From: Mytilus californianus
Taxonomy: Eukaryota
Direction of reading: 5' to 3'
Assembly: GCF_021869535.1 (NCBI RefSeq)
Contig: NW_026262734.1
Span: 81,654,001 to 81,718,000, forward strand
DNA length: 64,000 bases
The notes under the pieces were generated by a model. It was given only the letters and a program-made list of their open reading frames with translations, searched no databases and was not told the origin of the DNA. Each line of letters opens with the position of its first letter. Position 1 is the stretch's first letter. The translations under genes and the position numbers were made by a program. Shown piece by piece: positions 26,075 to 40,105 of the stretch.

Positions 26075-27021
26075 ATAACGGCACTTGAATTTTTACTATA
26101 TAACATTTTTGTTCTCTATGGAGATTCCGTATATCGTCAAGTTATCGGAATTCAAATGGAGACTAACTGTGCACCACTCTTTCTGTATTGTTTTGAATTA
26201 TAATTTATGACTTAAATCAGCAAAGATTCATCGAAACAACATCTGATACAAAATTTAATAACACTTTTAGATATTTGGATGATATATTGGCTCTCAATAC
26301 TGACGACTTCAGTATGTACACTAAAGAGATTGATCCTGTTGAACTGACTTTAAATAAAGCTAACACTGACAAAAAACACTGCCCTTTCCTGGATCTTAAT
26401 GTCTATTCCTTGAACGGGAAGCTTTATATCAAAATTTACAATAACAGAGATGATGTTTCATTTCTTATTGTTAATTATCCATTTTGAGATAGTGACGTTC
26501 CCTTGTAACCATCTTTTGGTGTTTATATATCTCAACTTGTTTGATTCGCTCGTGTATGTAACAACGTAGTTGATTTTAACGAAAAAAATCTCTGTATAAC
26601 TGAACAATTATTACACCAGGGTTTTCGATATCACAAACTAGTCAAAACATTTACTAAATTTATCATCGGTACAAGGACATCATTCGTAAATTTAAATCAA
26701 CATGCAGACATCTTATATGTTCAGGTATTTCATATCCATTCTTTTATGGTAATATTCTATACAAAGCACAAAAATGTCGTCATTTACCTCAAAAGCTAAC
26801 CAAACCTTTAAACAGACTTATTCAGAAGAGATATAATTACGATACTGTTGGCAGGTCACTAGAAATGGCATATTTTGGAATTAATATTGATTCACTCATA
26901 TGGTCTTTTCATCGGAAATAAACACATAAAACCAGTTGTTGGCATGATACGCGTTATGTTCTTCTCGTATATTTTATGATGGTATGATACCAAACCCCTA
27001 ACGGGAGGGAATGTACTTGAA
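26075..27021 (+). mobile_element. Decayed Naiad PLE subfamily 3 (RT C-terminus plus start of 3' UTR)
   Basis: YRQVIGIQMETNCAP...FRYLDDILALN...CPFLDL...KIYNNRDD...VNYPF with stops. The 3' part matches the reverse complement of ~38350-38580. Confidence 0.85.
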
Positions 27022-28449
27022 ACTCGGCAGTAAAACTAAACTCTTCGACAGAACCTTTTTTAGAAAATAGATATAAAAAATAAGTTTATGACACTCCAGT
27101 CCATTTGAAAAAACAAAAGAGGCCGAAACAACATAAACAAACAAACAACAACAAAAATAATTAAATATAGAACATGTAGAAAAGAAAGAAAAAAAAATAG
27201 AAACACGCGTTCTACAAAAGACAAGTTATATATACCCTGTACCGAGACATAATCTCATATATATGTCTGGAAGGAAAACCAATGATCTATCAAAACAACA
27301 CATAAACACAATGCATTAGTAGTTGGATATAATTACTGGAAAATGATGAGACAAAAACAAGAACGAATGACGTTTCTTAGTCGTCCTCAAATTGCATTCT
27401 GTGTTGGCCTTTGTTAGAGATGACTACGTACACAATGTAGTTGTATGAAATATAAAATTACAAATTTGAAATATTGAAAAAAATGCATGTAAAAAAATGT
27501 GTCAAAAGTTGTTTATTTATACATTATGTTTCCAATACTTTCAAACTATTTTAACACATGGATAAATATTGAGATAAATGAATCGAATAAGTCATTGTCA
27601 TTTGGTGTGTCTGAGCGTGAATTTGCATTGCGGGAGATCTTGTTTGGTTACAGAAAACCATAAATTTTCGTTCTGTTTATATAAAACAAATAGTATTTTA
27701 GTGTTATTCACATGTGTTTTGCCTGTCTGAAGTCATCACCCTGTACATTGCTTTTATATCTTTTATTTTATCATTAGGAAACTTGATGTTGTGGCTAAAT
27801 TTTGATAGTCACTGTGAAGTTCATGCTTACTTGTCTTGACTTGGGAAGATTAAGTGCTTTACGTATAGTATATACTTTTGAAAAATAATGGGATGACAGC
27901 ATCTTGACAGATTAAATAAAATTAATTAATGTCTCTATATATAGATAACCCGTAATAAATTTATAGCGTCCGAACGCTTCATCATGAACACTGAAACCAA
28001 AGTTTTTGAAATTTATGGATGTATAAATACGGAAAACGTGTAACCAGAAAGGACTTATAAAAACTAACCAAATTCATATAAGGTTAACTTAGACTCCAAA
28101 TATGCCTTTTTAAAACTTTGTGTCTTATAATGAGAAATATCTTATCTTAATATCATGGATGTTATAATACATGCTAAAGGAGGAGGTATGATAAGACCAC
28201 CATATAGCCCCTTAAATTTATCAGGGAGTATTTGTAAATGAATTTATTATACTTTAAATATCACATAGTTGTATATGTATACACAGCGATAGACCAATGT
28301 TTTAATACTAGTTATCTCATGTCTCACGCACGTTTAAGAAATCAACCTCGTGTCATTGTCATAAAATAACTATTTATTGCTTGAAACGGTTTTGTTTCGT
28401 TTTGCAAGTTAACATGGTCTTCAGTCATTTAAGACAAACATAGATTCAT

Positions 28450-31400
28450 AATATAACTACATATCTTTAATTCAAAATGTTTATTAAGAATTTTACACAA
28501 TGCATTCTTGTTGTCTTTGTACCCTATCAATGCTTTAAAATACCGAAACGTTTCCCCTGTCCATTTCTTCAATTCGTCAATAACAGTTGTGTTTTATTGC
28601 TCTACTTCCCTTCTACGGATAATGTAATCACTCTTATATTCCTCAAAAAGTTTTTGTATTGCTTTTTCCTCTTCAGTGTGCGCAGTCTGTGAAAAAAATA
28701 TATTTAAGATACTTCAATAGCATTAAAATTTTGTTTAGAACAGGAAAATCGTAATGAGATGAATAGAAATTAAGCCATTAATGTTACGACAGCCTATGTT
28801 ATTTCTGTAGTTCCTTTTTCTAGTATCAACGGTTCTTAAACAAGTCAGAGATTTCATTGGCTTATCTTCCAATTTTTGTAAACAAATTGAATCAGTTAAA
28901 AAACGTACAGCTTACTCTTTAAAATGTATCTGCCTTAACATACTTCAGACATCAATTTTACTACATATTTGAAATGTGATGTCGGCATACATTTTTTTCG
29001 AACAAAATAGTCAAAAACTAATTACACAATGTACTAGTACTATCAATTTGCATTGCAAATCTACCTTTATCTGTGTTCGTTCGGTTGTTTGTTTATTTAT
29101 CTATACCCGTATTTTCAAAAAGGGTAATGTCACGTGCCTAAAAGGCCAAATAGGCATTGTTTAAGATAATTTTATTTACTTTATCTGCTTTACTGCATAT
29201 TTTTAAGGGCAATCTCATAGTAGTGCAATAATTTTAAAATAAATGGGCAGAAATCTTTGACCTCTACGCTCAACAATTGTTTCAATTTTACTTTTTTTCA
29301 ACATACCTTTTCTTTAGTATGATTTAGGTCGGTGTTTCGTTACTTCACACCCAAACTTTATATATTAACACATACAGTTAATATAAAATCAATTAAAAAA
29401 ATCAGATCAACGAAAGTGCAATTTAGTCTTATATCTTGTTATGGTGTTTAGAATGTGTAATTTATTTCCATCATTTTCCTACCTTAAACGACTGAAGAAC
29501 AATGAGTAATTTTACATAAGAAAATATGTCATGAACTCTCAACTGAAATCGACATTTAACGTTAAAATTGTTTTGTTATGCTGTTGATAGGACGATAGTT
29601 TGTTTCCAATCTTAATATTTATATATTATTGTTGTCAGCTTAGAATCGATGTTATCATTTAAATCTTTTACAGTTTGTTCTTATGTTGTGTTGTTACACC
29701 TTCACAGGTTAGGAGGACTGTAATTATAACTTTGTACAATCCCGCATCATTCTTTATGTGTCTCTCACAAGTTATTATTATTGGTTGATGTATTATTATT
29801 GGTTGGTGTTTACTTTGGATTCATAGTTATTCGTTGGATTCTAATTTTTGAGGATGTCGTGGGAAGCTGGTGGAGGTTTAACACTATTTTGAATGTTAAA
29901 CAAAGTACAAATAATCTTAAGGCTTGTATTCAGATTTTGGCCACATTAAGAAATCAATTATTCACGAAATACAATGTTTCCTTAATCGACAAAAACTAGT
30001 ACCATAAAAATAAAATAATGCATAAGTATTATGCATTCCTGCATAATAACTCTTGGTGACACGAAATGGGAGAACTTTCCTTTTCCAGCTCCACTAAGAT
30101 TAGCCATAACGACCTTTTTTCGTTCTAAATTTTGTGTTTAGGTTTAAAGTATCTTAACATTGCAGCAGAATCAGATGAAATAGTATTATCTAAACAAGGA
30201 TTTAATTAGTTAAGAAATCATCTTGATAACCAGGGATATCTTTTTAGATGCAAACAGGTCTTGTTTTTTCAATACAGTGAAACTATAGAAAAGACCATAA
30301 ACAAACTCAAATGACAAAAGGGGGTAAACACAGGGTAATTTTCTAGTCAAAGGAGATTTTAAAGGAAAATAAATAAGATGAAGTATGATTGTCAATGAGA
30401 CAACTAATTATCAGAGACCACATGACGTAGAATTTAACAACTATAGGTCACTGTTTGGTCTTCAACTTGAGCCAAACCCATACTGCATTGTAAGCCAGTT
30501 GACAAGTTGTCGCAAAGGCAATTATATACCACATCTCTTAATTTTTATATAAAATTGAATTTAATCATTCAATATTATTATATTGTTTATCCTAGTCAGT
30601 AACATTCTGGCATACAAATTAAAATGTAGTTTTTCTTAAAAAAAACTTCAAGCAGTTTCATTTCATAAAACAAACGACACTAACACCATTTAAACTACTT
30701 ACATATGTCGTACTTTCAGGAGAATCATAAATCTCTATCGTTCCATCTAAAATACAATAATAAAAAGAATCTTTTCGTCACCGGTGTCTGGTCAGAAAGT
30801 TGATGAACCAGTTATGTCAAAGGACATCTCGTCCTTTTTCTTAAAAAGTTTATCGGAAGATACCAAGACCTTGTTGGTAAATATTTCGTATCAACTTCAC
30901 AAATAATACATGATGGTCTTGAAGTATAGATTCTAGGTACTGATTTTGTTAATCCTCTTAATTACGTGTTATAGTGCTCTTTTTATTTGTCTTTGTATAT
31001 TTTCAACCTTCACTGTTTAATCCTTTTTTGGTAATATACTTTTGGCGTGGCTCGGTATTTACACATCCCGTCATTGTGTTATTGTGCTATTGTCATTTTT
31101 TGTATTCTTGTCTTTCATTTTTGCTTAATATGTACTTTGCCTATAGAGAGTCTATATGCCATTTTGTTTTTCTTTGCTGAAATAGTGATTAGTTTTATAG
31201 TGATTGAGATTATTACACAATGTTGACTGATGTACCCCAATTTTTGATAATTTTACATATTATGTCTGTATGTTTTGCTCACACATTGTTGTCAATATAA
31301 TGAAATTCTATGCAACTGTAATACAAGTGAGAGGTTAAGCTAGCTATAAAACCAGATTTAATCCACCATTTTCTACATAAGGAAATGCCTGTACCAAGTC

Positions 31401-33322
31401 AGGAATATTACAGTTGTTTTCCTTTCGTTTGATGTGTTTAAGCTTTTGTTTTTACCATTTGATAAAGGACTTTCCGTTTCGAATTTTGCTTGAAGTTTCG
31501 GTCTTTTTTTGCTATTTTACTATTTTCTATCGTCACAATAACATATATGAAGAAGGTGTTCGTCAATAAGTAATTTCACACCTTCAAAACCTGCTTCTGT
31601 TATACCGGAACTTATATTACCCTTCCAGAAATGTTAAGGGCACTCCCGTGTTTCTTGTTATTCACGAGACATAGTTTGTAGTTTGGGGCTATTTTTATCT
31701 TTTCGTCCCTTTTTTGTCAGCTTGGGTATTGTCTATTTAAAAAAGAAGATGTAGTATGAGTGCCCTAACACTCCATCCAAGTCACAATGTATAAAAAGTT
31801 AACAATTATAGGTCAAAGTACGGCCTTCAACACAGAGCCTTGGCTCACACCGAACAGCAAGCTATAAAGGGCCCCAATATGACTAGTGTAAAACAATTCA
31901 AACAGGAAAACCAACGGTCTAATCTATATAAAAAAGAAGAAACGAGAAACACTTATGAACCACACCAACAAACGACAACCACTGAACAACAGGCTCCTGA
32001 CTTAGGACAGGTGTTCTTTTGTAATTTGATATGTTTATTTTTATTCGAGTTTTACAATTGTTTTTCTAATAAGTCTGCTATTTATGTTTACGGTCATAAC
32101 CGCCAAACAAGTTGATAATGTGGACACTAAGTTATGAGTTCTTGAGGTTTTTTAGGTCCCCTATATGATTTTGGTGTCCATGAAATGCACATCAAATACT
32201 TCGAGACCAAAGATTGATTACTTCTTGAACTTATTGTATTATACGAATTCAATAAGGTATACAAAAAGAACTTTATTTCATAGTATGACTGTAATTATAG
32301 TTTATTTTGGGTAATGGTTTTATGAGTTAAGGTCTGAAATTATTTCATTTACTAAATGTGTATTAGCTACGTCCTTAGCTTTACAAGGGGTTGTGCCAAT
32401 GCTAAAATGCGAAAGTGTATGTTTTTATAAATTCAAAATATACTTTAATTTTGAGAAGAGAAATTAAATATTTTGCCAAGAGTGAAGTTAAAATATGATG
32501 TATTTTGAAGGTGATTTTTTTTTACATTCATTTTAAATAAGATGAATACATAAGGTGATTAACATATAATGATATAAATAGTAGGTGATATGCTGGGTAT
32601 ATGAAGAAGAATAAGAAAAAAACTTATGCAATAATTAATAGCTCACTCACCTTCAGTCAGATCTTTTAATACTGTAAATTCATATGGTTTGTTCTTGTAG
32701 GACTCCAATTTGGCTTTGTGTATTCTATATTTACTTTTATATTCTTTTGTCTTCGTGTTTTGATCTTCAGCAAAGACAAAAAAATCGAAAGCAATTTTTA
32801 CATTTATTTTTTCCTGCAGTCATTTTAATAAGTTCTTTACAATAATATCAAATTCATTCATACAACTGTTACATAAAGAGATATGAAAAAAAAATTTACG
32901 GAATTAATAATAAAGAACCCAAAGATAGTTTGCTTATTATACATGTTAAATGTATTGCGGTATTATCATTTGATGCTTTACAAAATAGTATACGGATTAA
33001 TGGTGTATTATTTTGTGGCCATCTTGCCTCTTAAAAAGTACTATTGTGAAAACAATGGTCGATTTTGTTATAAAAAAGTAAAATATTTTAACGGGACATT
33101 AGCTGTCAATTTCATTTCCACCTTCGTAGCTCAAAGTTTTAATTTCATTTATTAAATACTAAAGTATTTACAAGAATTGGTAATTGCTGTTTATTTACCA
33201 AAGCAATTGCCTATCATTATTCTTTTTCAAGATGAAAAAGATTCAAGAATCAACTGTAGTAGAGGGAAGTTGTCAATGTGTTAATTTTATCTTCAGTTGA
33301 AATTTTTGTGAAGATTTAGTTT
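28450..33322 (-). pseudogene. Four phase-compatible cytoplasmic exons of the TNFR-like gene, three containing stops
   Basis: 33322-33199 (1 to 2, two TGA), 32865-32651 (2 to 1, TGA at 32822-32820), 30746-30703 (1 to 0, open, DGTIEIYDSPESTTY), 28686-~28450 (phase 0, TAA at 28596-28594). All have AG/GT boundaries; the end of the last exon is uncertain. Confidence 0.55.
31740..32005 (-). mobile_element. 3'-terminal fragment of Naiad subfamily 1, inverted
   Basis: Reverse complement of the ~49230-49500 terminal repeat (GGCTCACACCGAACAGCAAGCTATAAAGGGCCCC...CCTGACTTAGGACAGGTG). Confidence 0.8.
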
Positions 33323-34896
33323 CTGCAAAATGAACAAACGAAACTTTTTTTATGTTAATTTAGATGAATTTGTTTTGAGAAAATATGTTTTTGCAGTTAT
33401 TATATTGGTATTATCTCTTACTTAAATACTGTTTAGGGAAATAAACTATGTTTAAAAATAACAAGTCTTTTATTGTCAATGTGTTGACCGATTTTAACAC
33501 CCATCCCTTCTAAATAAAAAAACACATGTAATTTTGATGAAGTCAATCGTCAATTTTCCGGATTAACAACTTGTTGTGTAAACAACACATGTCAAGACCA
33601 CCTGGTCAGTTAACATTTCTTTATTGTATTTATCAGAAGTTTTAAATCGCTATTTCTATGCTCTTTGTATGGACTATCGTCAGGGTAACTATCTTTCCCA
33701 ATTAAGTAACAAATTTAATTAGTTGTACCTGAAACATGTGAAACAATCCCCCAAAATAATAGTCAAATAATTGATTATTTTTTATAGAAGGTTGCTTTTT
33801 TTTCTGTTTTGCTTTTGTTGAATGACTCATTTTTCTAAACATACTTAATGAACTGAGATAGTTTTCATATCAGTAAATATGTTATTTGGAAAGGTCATTT
33901 AATCGTATCGAACTTATATGCATACGAAGTTGGATGAATTACATGAATTAGATGCTTCTATTATTTGCAGTTCATATCGTATCAATATTGTCGATTATAA
34001 TTTCATTCATTTTATTTGACTACTTCATGCGCTTTTGACGATAAAGACCGTAAAACATATGTTACTGTTTTACTCATTTCTGTGTTTAGCTCTTGGTCAT
34101 TTATCTTTGTCCGCAAGGAGTGCTCTTGGTCTAGCTAAGCAACACAGTATAAGTCAGCCACCCACATATCCAGAATCTCAATTTTGAAACTATTCAAACT
34201 AAGGGTGAAACAAAGGTTACATGCATCCAAACTCAAATGATGTCGAATAAGTGTCAATGATTTATCATGGAAGCTTTTTAACATAATTTTACAAATTGTA
34301 CCAAACACTTTGCCGATAGCGAGTAATCATTTCAATATTCTGCTTTTATTAGTGTTATAAAAAATACTTAAGTTTTGTTTTGTCTTAACTGTGGCTAATA
34401 CCTCCTTTAATTAATTAATTGAACACACATTAAGACATTTCAATAAAATTTGAAAACAAAGGAAGGTGTACCAAAATGTTTTCATTTCCCATCAGATAAA
34501 TACAATTCAGTTTCAGATTGTAAGCAGTTATATATCCATTATCCAATATAAGACACAAAAATTAGCTTAATAAACTTTTAACAAATACGTTAAACATACC
34601 TTATTTTTCATTTTATGTTCAGTGAATAATATTATGTTAAAAAAGGACATGAATCACGGACGACATAATCATGGCAAAATCAAGATTAACAATAGTATGC
34701 AAAAACATAATCGCAAAGTTGATGATTTAGCATGATAAAATGGCAGCAATGTCATGTGTTTCTAAAGGAAACAAATATTCTTCACCACTATTATGTGAGG
34801 AAGACCCGATAACAAAAAATGATAAATTAGAAGAAAACAACAATAGTTCTAATATAGTATATATAATACATACGAAAAAGGTTCATTATGTCATAC

Positions 34897-34956
34897 CTGT
34901 GTTATCCATTTCTATTGTGTCCTGTATTGGTGGGATCACGAACAAACACAGAATAC
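34897..34956 (-). pseudogene. TNFR-like gene exon after the TM exon (phase 1 to 1)
   Basis: tttattgttctag|GILCLFVIPPIQDTIEMDNT g|gtatga. 60 bp, continues the hydrophobic stretch. Confidence 0.62.
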
Positions 34957-35089
34957 CTAGAACAATAAAGTGATATGTCTTTAAAGATACAATTCTTTTT
35001 AAACATGTTAAAGTGGTTGCCGTAGTAGAAATTTTATCTGTAAAAACTATTACAACTCAAAGTAATTGCCTTAAACACTAATGATGTAT

Positions 35090-36710
35090 TTAATACAAAC
35101 TAGATGTTATTTTCTCCTTGACAACATTTATGTGCGTTTCGGTAATAAAGTGTATACACAGAATGTAGGTATTCTTATAGGGACAAATTGCACCCCTTTA
35201 ATAGCACGCTTGTTCTTTTATTGTTATGAATCACAGTTAATGACCAAACTCAGTAAAGGCCCGTCTTTATTGCATTTATTTGATAAATTCAACAACACTT
35301 GTCGCTATCTTAATGATATTTCTTCGTTAAATATTTAAGAATTTTCTAATCATACTGCCGAAATTAATTCAAAGGAACTTTGAATACATTAACTACAACT
35401 GTATAAACGTTAAAACCGGTTTTTCATAGATTAAGATATTTTCAATTTTACACGGGAAATTTTATAAAAAATGTGCAACAAAAAGGACGATTTTTCTTTC
35501 CCTAATGGTAAATTTCCTCTTTAGGATGGTGATGTTCCTTTGGAAACATCTCAAGGGGTATATATACCACTACTTGTTCGCTATGTCCGTGTCTGTAGTG
35601 AAGTTTTGGATTTCAATGAACGTTATCTATGTATTACGGTTAAATTATTAAGTCAGGGAATTCGTTACCAAAAATTACTTTAAGCTTTTATTTAATTCTT
35701 CCATATATACAAATACTTAATTTGGAAGTTTGGCTGTACTTGTACAAAATACAAATATTTGATTTGTAAGTTTGGCTGTACCTGTACTAAACATATTTCA
35801 AAGGGGATAGCACATCCTAATTTTTACGGAGATGTTGTTTATCGAGCCTGGAAATTTAGATACGATCAGAGTAAACTAGTAGATACTTTAAATAATCTTA
35901 TTTTTAAAGGTTACCAATTCAACACTATAATTAGATTTTCAAATATTGTTTTATCGGAATAAATTTTGATTTTGTTATCAGTAAATTAAAACCAAAATAA
36001 TATTATGGTTGTATATATATATATTTACACATTCACGGTTCTTCAATCTGTCGATACCTGTATTTTGGCATTGCACAAGGTCATGTTTTGTTCTAACTGT
36101 AAATAAATTCTTTACACTAAATCCATTGGATGTTGGATGTGTACTGATTGATATTTTAGTCTTTAATACATGATTTGTTTATAGATGTTATTGGCTTTGA
36201 ACTAGCTGTCAGTAGCTGCTAGTACTCTCAGATCTTTACTTTGTGTCTTTTTATGGTGGGGATGTATAAATACCCTGCCACGTCCGATGTTTCTGTTACT
36301 TGTTATTCTGCTTTGAATCGATCTAATGAGTTAAGCTCTTTTTGCCTGATTTTTATAGTTTGTTCATATGTTGTGCTGTTACACCACTGTCCCAGGTTAG
36401 GGGAGGGTTGGGCGCCCGCACATATGTTTAATCCCATCACATTCTGCATGTGCCTGTCTATATCCGAAGCCTGTTATTCAGTGGATGTCGTTAGTGGCTG
36501 TTTATCGTATTTGTTTTTCGTTCATTGTTTTGTACATGAATTAAGCCGTTAGTTTTCTTGTTTTCTTGTTTGAATTACATTTGTCATTTCGTGGACTTTT
36601 TTATAGCTGCCTATGCTGTATGGGTTTTGCTTATTGTTGAGGCAATACGGTGACCTATAGTTGTTAACTTCGATTTCATTTGGTCTCTAGCATCATACCA
36701 CATCTCCTTA
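35090..36710 (+). mobile_element. Decayed, 5'-truncated Naiad PLE subfamily 2 (RT C-terminus plus 3' UTR)
   Basis: FLLDNIYVRFGNKVY..VGI.IGTNC.PLIA.LF.YCYESQLMTKLSK...RYLNDI with many stops and indels. The UTR contains a degenerate SECIS-like segment at ~36090-36160. Confidence 0.85.
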
Positions 36711-37189
36711 TAGTTATAGCCTCTTGAATTCTGTAACAATGTAATTCTGATTTTTTTTATTAATGACAATTTATTTGTTACAAGGATAACAATATATGTT
36801 TCTATTACATTAAAAAAATATAATTTAGTCACATTATTTTAAAATATAGAAAAACAAAATTCTTACAAAAAGAACACAGAGATGTAAATTTCTTACGGTT
36901 TCTTTAGTGTAGCAACAAGAACAATCCTGATGTAAGAATAAATTTTTCAAAGAATAACTAATGAAATGTTCACCGCCATCAAGGGACATTGGCAATTCAA
37001 CCCATACAAAGATATGTTAACCTTAAACGGCAGGTTAACAGATGCATGTAAAGTTGAAATATTGCACGTTTTAATTCTGAATATTGAGGGAATTTTGGAC
37101 AAAAAACTCTATTAGATCCAATTTGACCACAGGGAGTACCTACTTCTTTGTATTGAAGTTGAAATTTGACCATTCGAATACCTACTTAC

Positions 37190-37377
37190 CAATAACGATA
37201 ATTCCTGCTGAGCAAACAATCAATACTTCTATTAATAAAAATATCAGAGAAATAATAAATGTTAACATTTCAAATATATAATTAATTCAACTGAGTAACA
37301 GAGTTTTGCGAAGTATTTAAAACATCAGCTTTGAACTTTTACAGTATGTTCTATGTTTCTCCAATTATTTTTTAAAC
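37190..37377 (-). pseudogene. TNFR-like gene TM exon, disrupted before the TM segment
   Basis: The 3' part encodes YIFEMLTFIISLIFLLIEVLIVCSAGIIVI g|gtaagt. From either phase-1 acceptor (37377 or 37328) a stop is reached first (TGA 37327-37325 or TAA 37284-37282). An apparent 4-bp TAAT duplication shifts the frame. Confidence 0.62.
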
Positions 37378-37805
37378 CTGTTAATAAAATAAAATGGCAC
37401 GAAAATTAAGCTACAATGTAAATGTATAAAATAGTAGTTGAGAATAACTACATCTTAAAAAAGCTGACAGCAACCATTGAATACTTCCAAGTACCCCAAC
37501 GCATTGTTGCTGTTATATAATGAATGAAAATTTAAACGAAGATGTAACATTTTAACCAAACTAAGTGAGAGAATGCAATATGGGAAATAATGACACTGGT
37601 TTTGAGGGTGTTCGGGTTGTACAATGCATAGCTTGTAAGAACTGAACTTGAACGTACAACCTAATACAAATCAATGAAACATGAGATGCAAATCTGAATG
37701 ACACCAATTTATCCTCAGAAATGAAGCAGGAACTGCTTACAGTTCTTAACCAACTGAGTTCATCCCCCGTTTCTTCATCTTTAGTTCAATGTGATATGTT
37801 TTAAT

Positions 37806-38590
37806 GTTTAAAATTGAGAATGGAAATGGGGAATGTGTCAAAGAGACAACAACCCGACCATAGAGCAGACAACAGCCGAAGGCCACCAATGGGTCTTTAA
37901 TGCAGCGAGAAACTCCGCACCCGGAGGCGTCCTTCAGCTGGCACCTAAACAAATATGTATACTATTTCAGTGATAATGGACGTCATACTAAACTCCAAAT
38001 TATACACAGGAAACTAAAATTAAAAATGATACAAGACTAACAAATGCCGGAGGCTCCTGACTTGGGACAGGCGCAAAAATGCGGCTGGGTTAAACATGTT
38101 TTTTGAGATCTCAACCCTCCCCCTATACCTCTAGCCAATGTAGAAAAAAACAAACGCACAACAGTACGCACAGTAAAACGCAGTATAAGAGAAGTCTGAG
38201 TCCGATGTCAGAATAGGAAACAAAAGAAAATAAACAAAATGATAATAATACATAAATAACAACAGACTACTAGCAGTTACTGACATGCCAGCTCCAGACC
38301 TCAATTAAACTGATTGAAAGATTATGTCTTCATCATATGAATATCAGGCACAATCCCTTCTGTTAGGGGTTTAGTATTCTACCGTCATAAAATATATGAG
38401 AAGAACATAACCCGTGTGATACCAACAACTGGTTTTAGAATAAATGTGTTTAATTCCGATGCAAAGACCCTATAAGTGAATCAATATTAAAGCCAAAATA
38501 TGCAATCTCTAATGACCTGACAACAGTATCGTAACTATATCCCTTCTTAATAAGTCTGTTTAAAGGTTTTGTTAGCTTTTGTTAGCTTTT
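37806..38590 (-). mobile_element. 3' end of Naiad subfamily 3 (end of ORF plus full 3' UTR)
   Basis: 38350-38590 is the reverse complement of the RT tail and UTR at ~26790-27020. Continues to the terminus ...CCCCATTTCCATTCTCAATTT. Confidence 0.82.
38323..38410 (-). promoter_or_regulatory. SECIS-like element of Naiad subfamily 3
   Basis: Minus strand: ttatgttcttctcatat-atttt-A-TGAC-GGTAGAAT-ACT-AAA-CCC-CTAACAGAA-GGG-ATTGTGCC-TGAT-attc-atatgatgaagacataa. Core intact, helix II 7 of 8 paired, long helix I. Confidence 0.7.
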
Positions 38591-39050
38591 GTTTGTCTTT
38601 TATTATTTGTCAACATGTTGTTAGTTTTTCTTTGTCTGATTTTGTTTGGTTTAACTCCTGTATAACGTCCCCTTTTTTACATGCAATATAATTGTAAGCG
38701 TGTAAGTATCTGTGAACTGAATTCGAATGTTAAACTTGCAGAAGATCAACTATGATGTTAAAACAACTAAAGTCAGTGAAATGTAAATTATGTTTTATGT
38801 GTTCAAACTTATAAACAAGCATTTGAATAAACAAAGTTGTATAACTAAATATTAAATCATTCTTGAGAACTTGACATGTACACTGACGTGACCCCTCTGG
38901 GAACGTTGACACTTCCTTCACTTGGTAAGATTGAATTAAAAAATTCACACTAGTATCGTAAAGTTCCATTGAGATGTGTATAAAATATGGACAATTTGGC
39001 ACGTATTTAGTGTATAAGAAAATGAAATTATTTGATTCATTCGTATATTA

Positions 39051-39514
39051 GGTGTAATACCACCAAATCATAGTACGTCACATCCGGTTGCATTCGAAAA
39101 TAGGTCGAAAAAAAATATTCCCTTGATTTGTCAGTTGTAGGTAATTAATCCTACATTTCATTGCAGTAAAACATTTCTGGGTCATAAACATATATCTTGG
39201 GTATTTAAAAGCACCATTATTTTTTTATTTGGGGTTTCTATAGAATATTTTTGAAACTTGAGGTTACATGGTTACTAAAGCTTGTACACGGGTTAATAAA
39301 AGGGGAAAATTTGATTGGTTAACTTCCAGTGATGGTTATTTTCTAATATGCAATGAAATGTTATGTGAAATTTTTTCTATAGTACTGGACAGGATAAAAC
39401 TTGACTCATGCCAAGTATTTCTTTATTTGAAACAGAGATAAATTCTGCACAATTTTTTGAAAAGTGCAAATTTAACAAAGACTAATAGGGGAAAATCAAT
39501 GGTGGTATTACACC
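39051..39514. mobile_element. MITE copy 3
   Basis: Same TIRs and interior, TA on both sides. Confidence 0.88.
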
Positions 39515-40105
39515 TATTATGACAACCAGTAGTTATTTCGGGAGGTTAGATATTTATGAGTAAGATAATTTCGGAAAATGGTAAACCAAACAAAAATAAA
39601 ACACTAATAAAAATATATTTTAACTGTAAGATGGGAAAGGTTCAGGTGAATAGGTATATGAAGCCAGCTAAAGTTTTTGTAGTAGGTTTAGTAGTATATA
39701 ACATGCGGCTATTTTAATGAAAGCTTCCATGTAATCATTATATGTCCTTATCTTGAATTATACAGAACAGACAATGCATTTACCGATACAAAACTAATGA
39801 TTTTTATATAAATCCTTTATTGTGTGTGCTAGTTTCACTAAATATCAGCTATTTGTTAAAATGAGAAAGTAAATTATCCTTTTAAAGTGTCATATTAAAT
39901 GCAATTTCATTTTAGAACTGTTGCCGAAAAAATGCAGAAACAGAAGTTCCTCTAACATGAAAGATATTTGAATTGTTATAAAATTATGCTAATGAATGCT
40001 TCCACAAATGACTAAGATAGTTTAATGTATATACGAAAATCTTCTGAAGGAATAAAAATGAAGCATTACAGATGAAGCGATTAAAGCAAGTCATTTTGTA
40101 TGTAC

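Noticed and set aside
32651-33322. Three in-frame TGA codons in host-gene exons as Sec, served by a TE-derived SECIS
   Set aside because: The only sense-strand intact SECIS-like element (38323-38410) is upstream and intronic. The same gene also has a TAA and a frameshift, and the TGAs are not at evident Cys positions.
36897-37076. AG/GT-bounded segment as an extra TM exon
   Set aside because: Every frame has stops, and the 37190 donor joins the 34956 exon cleanly without it.
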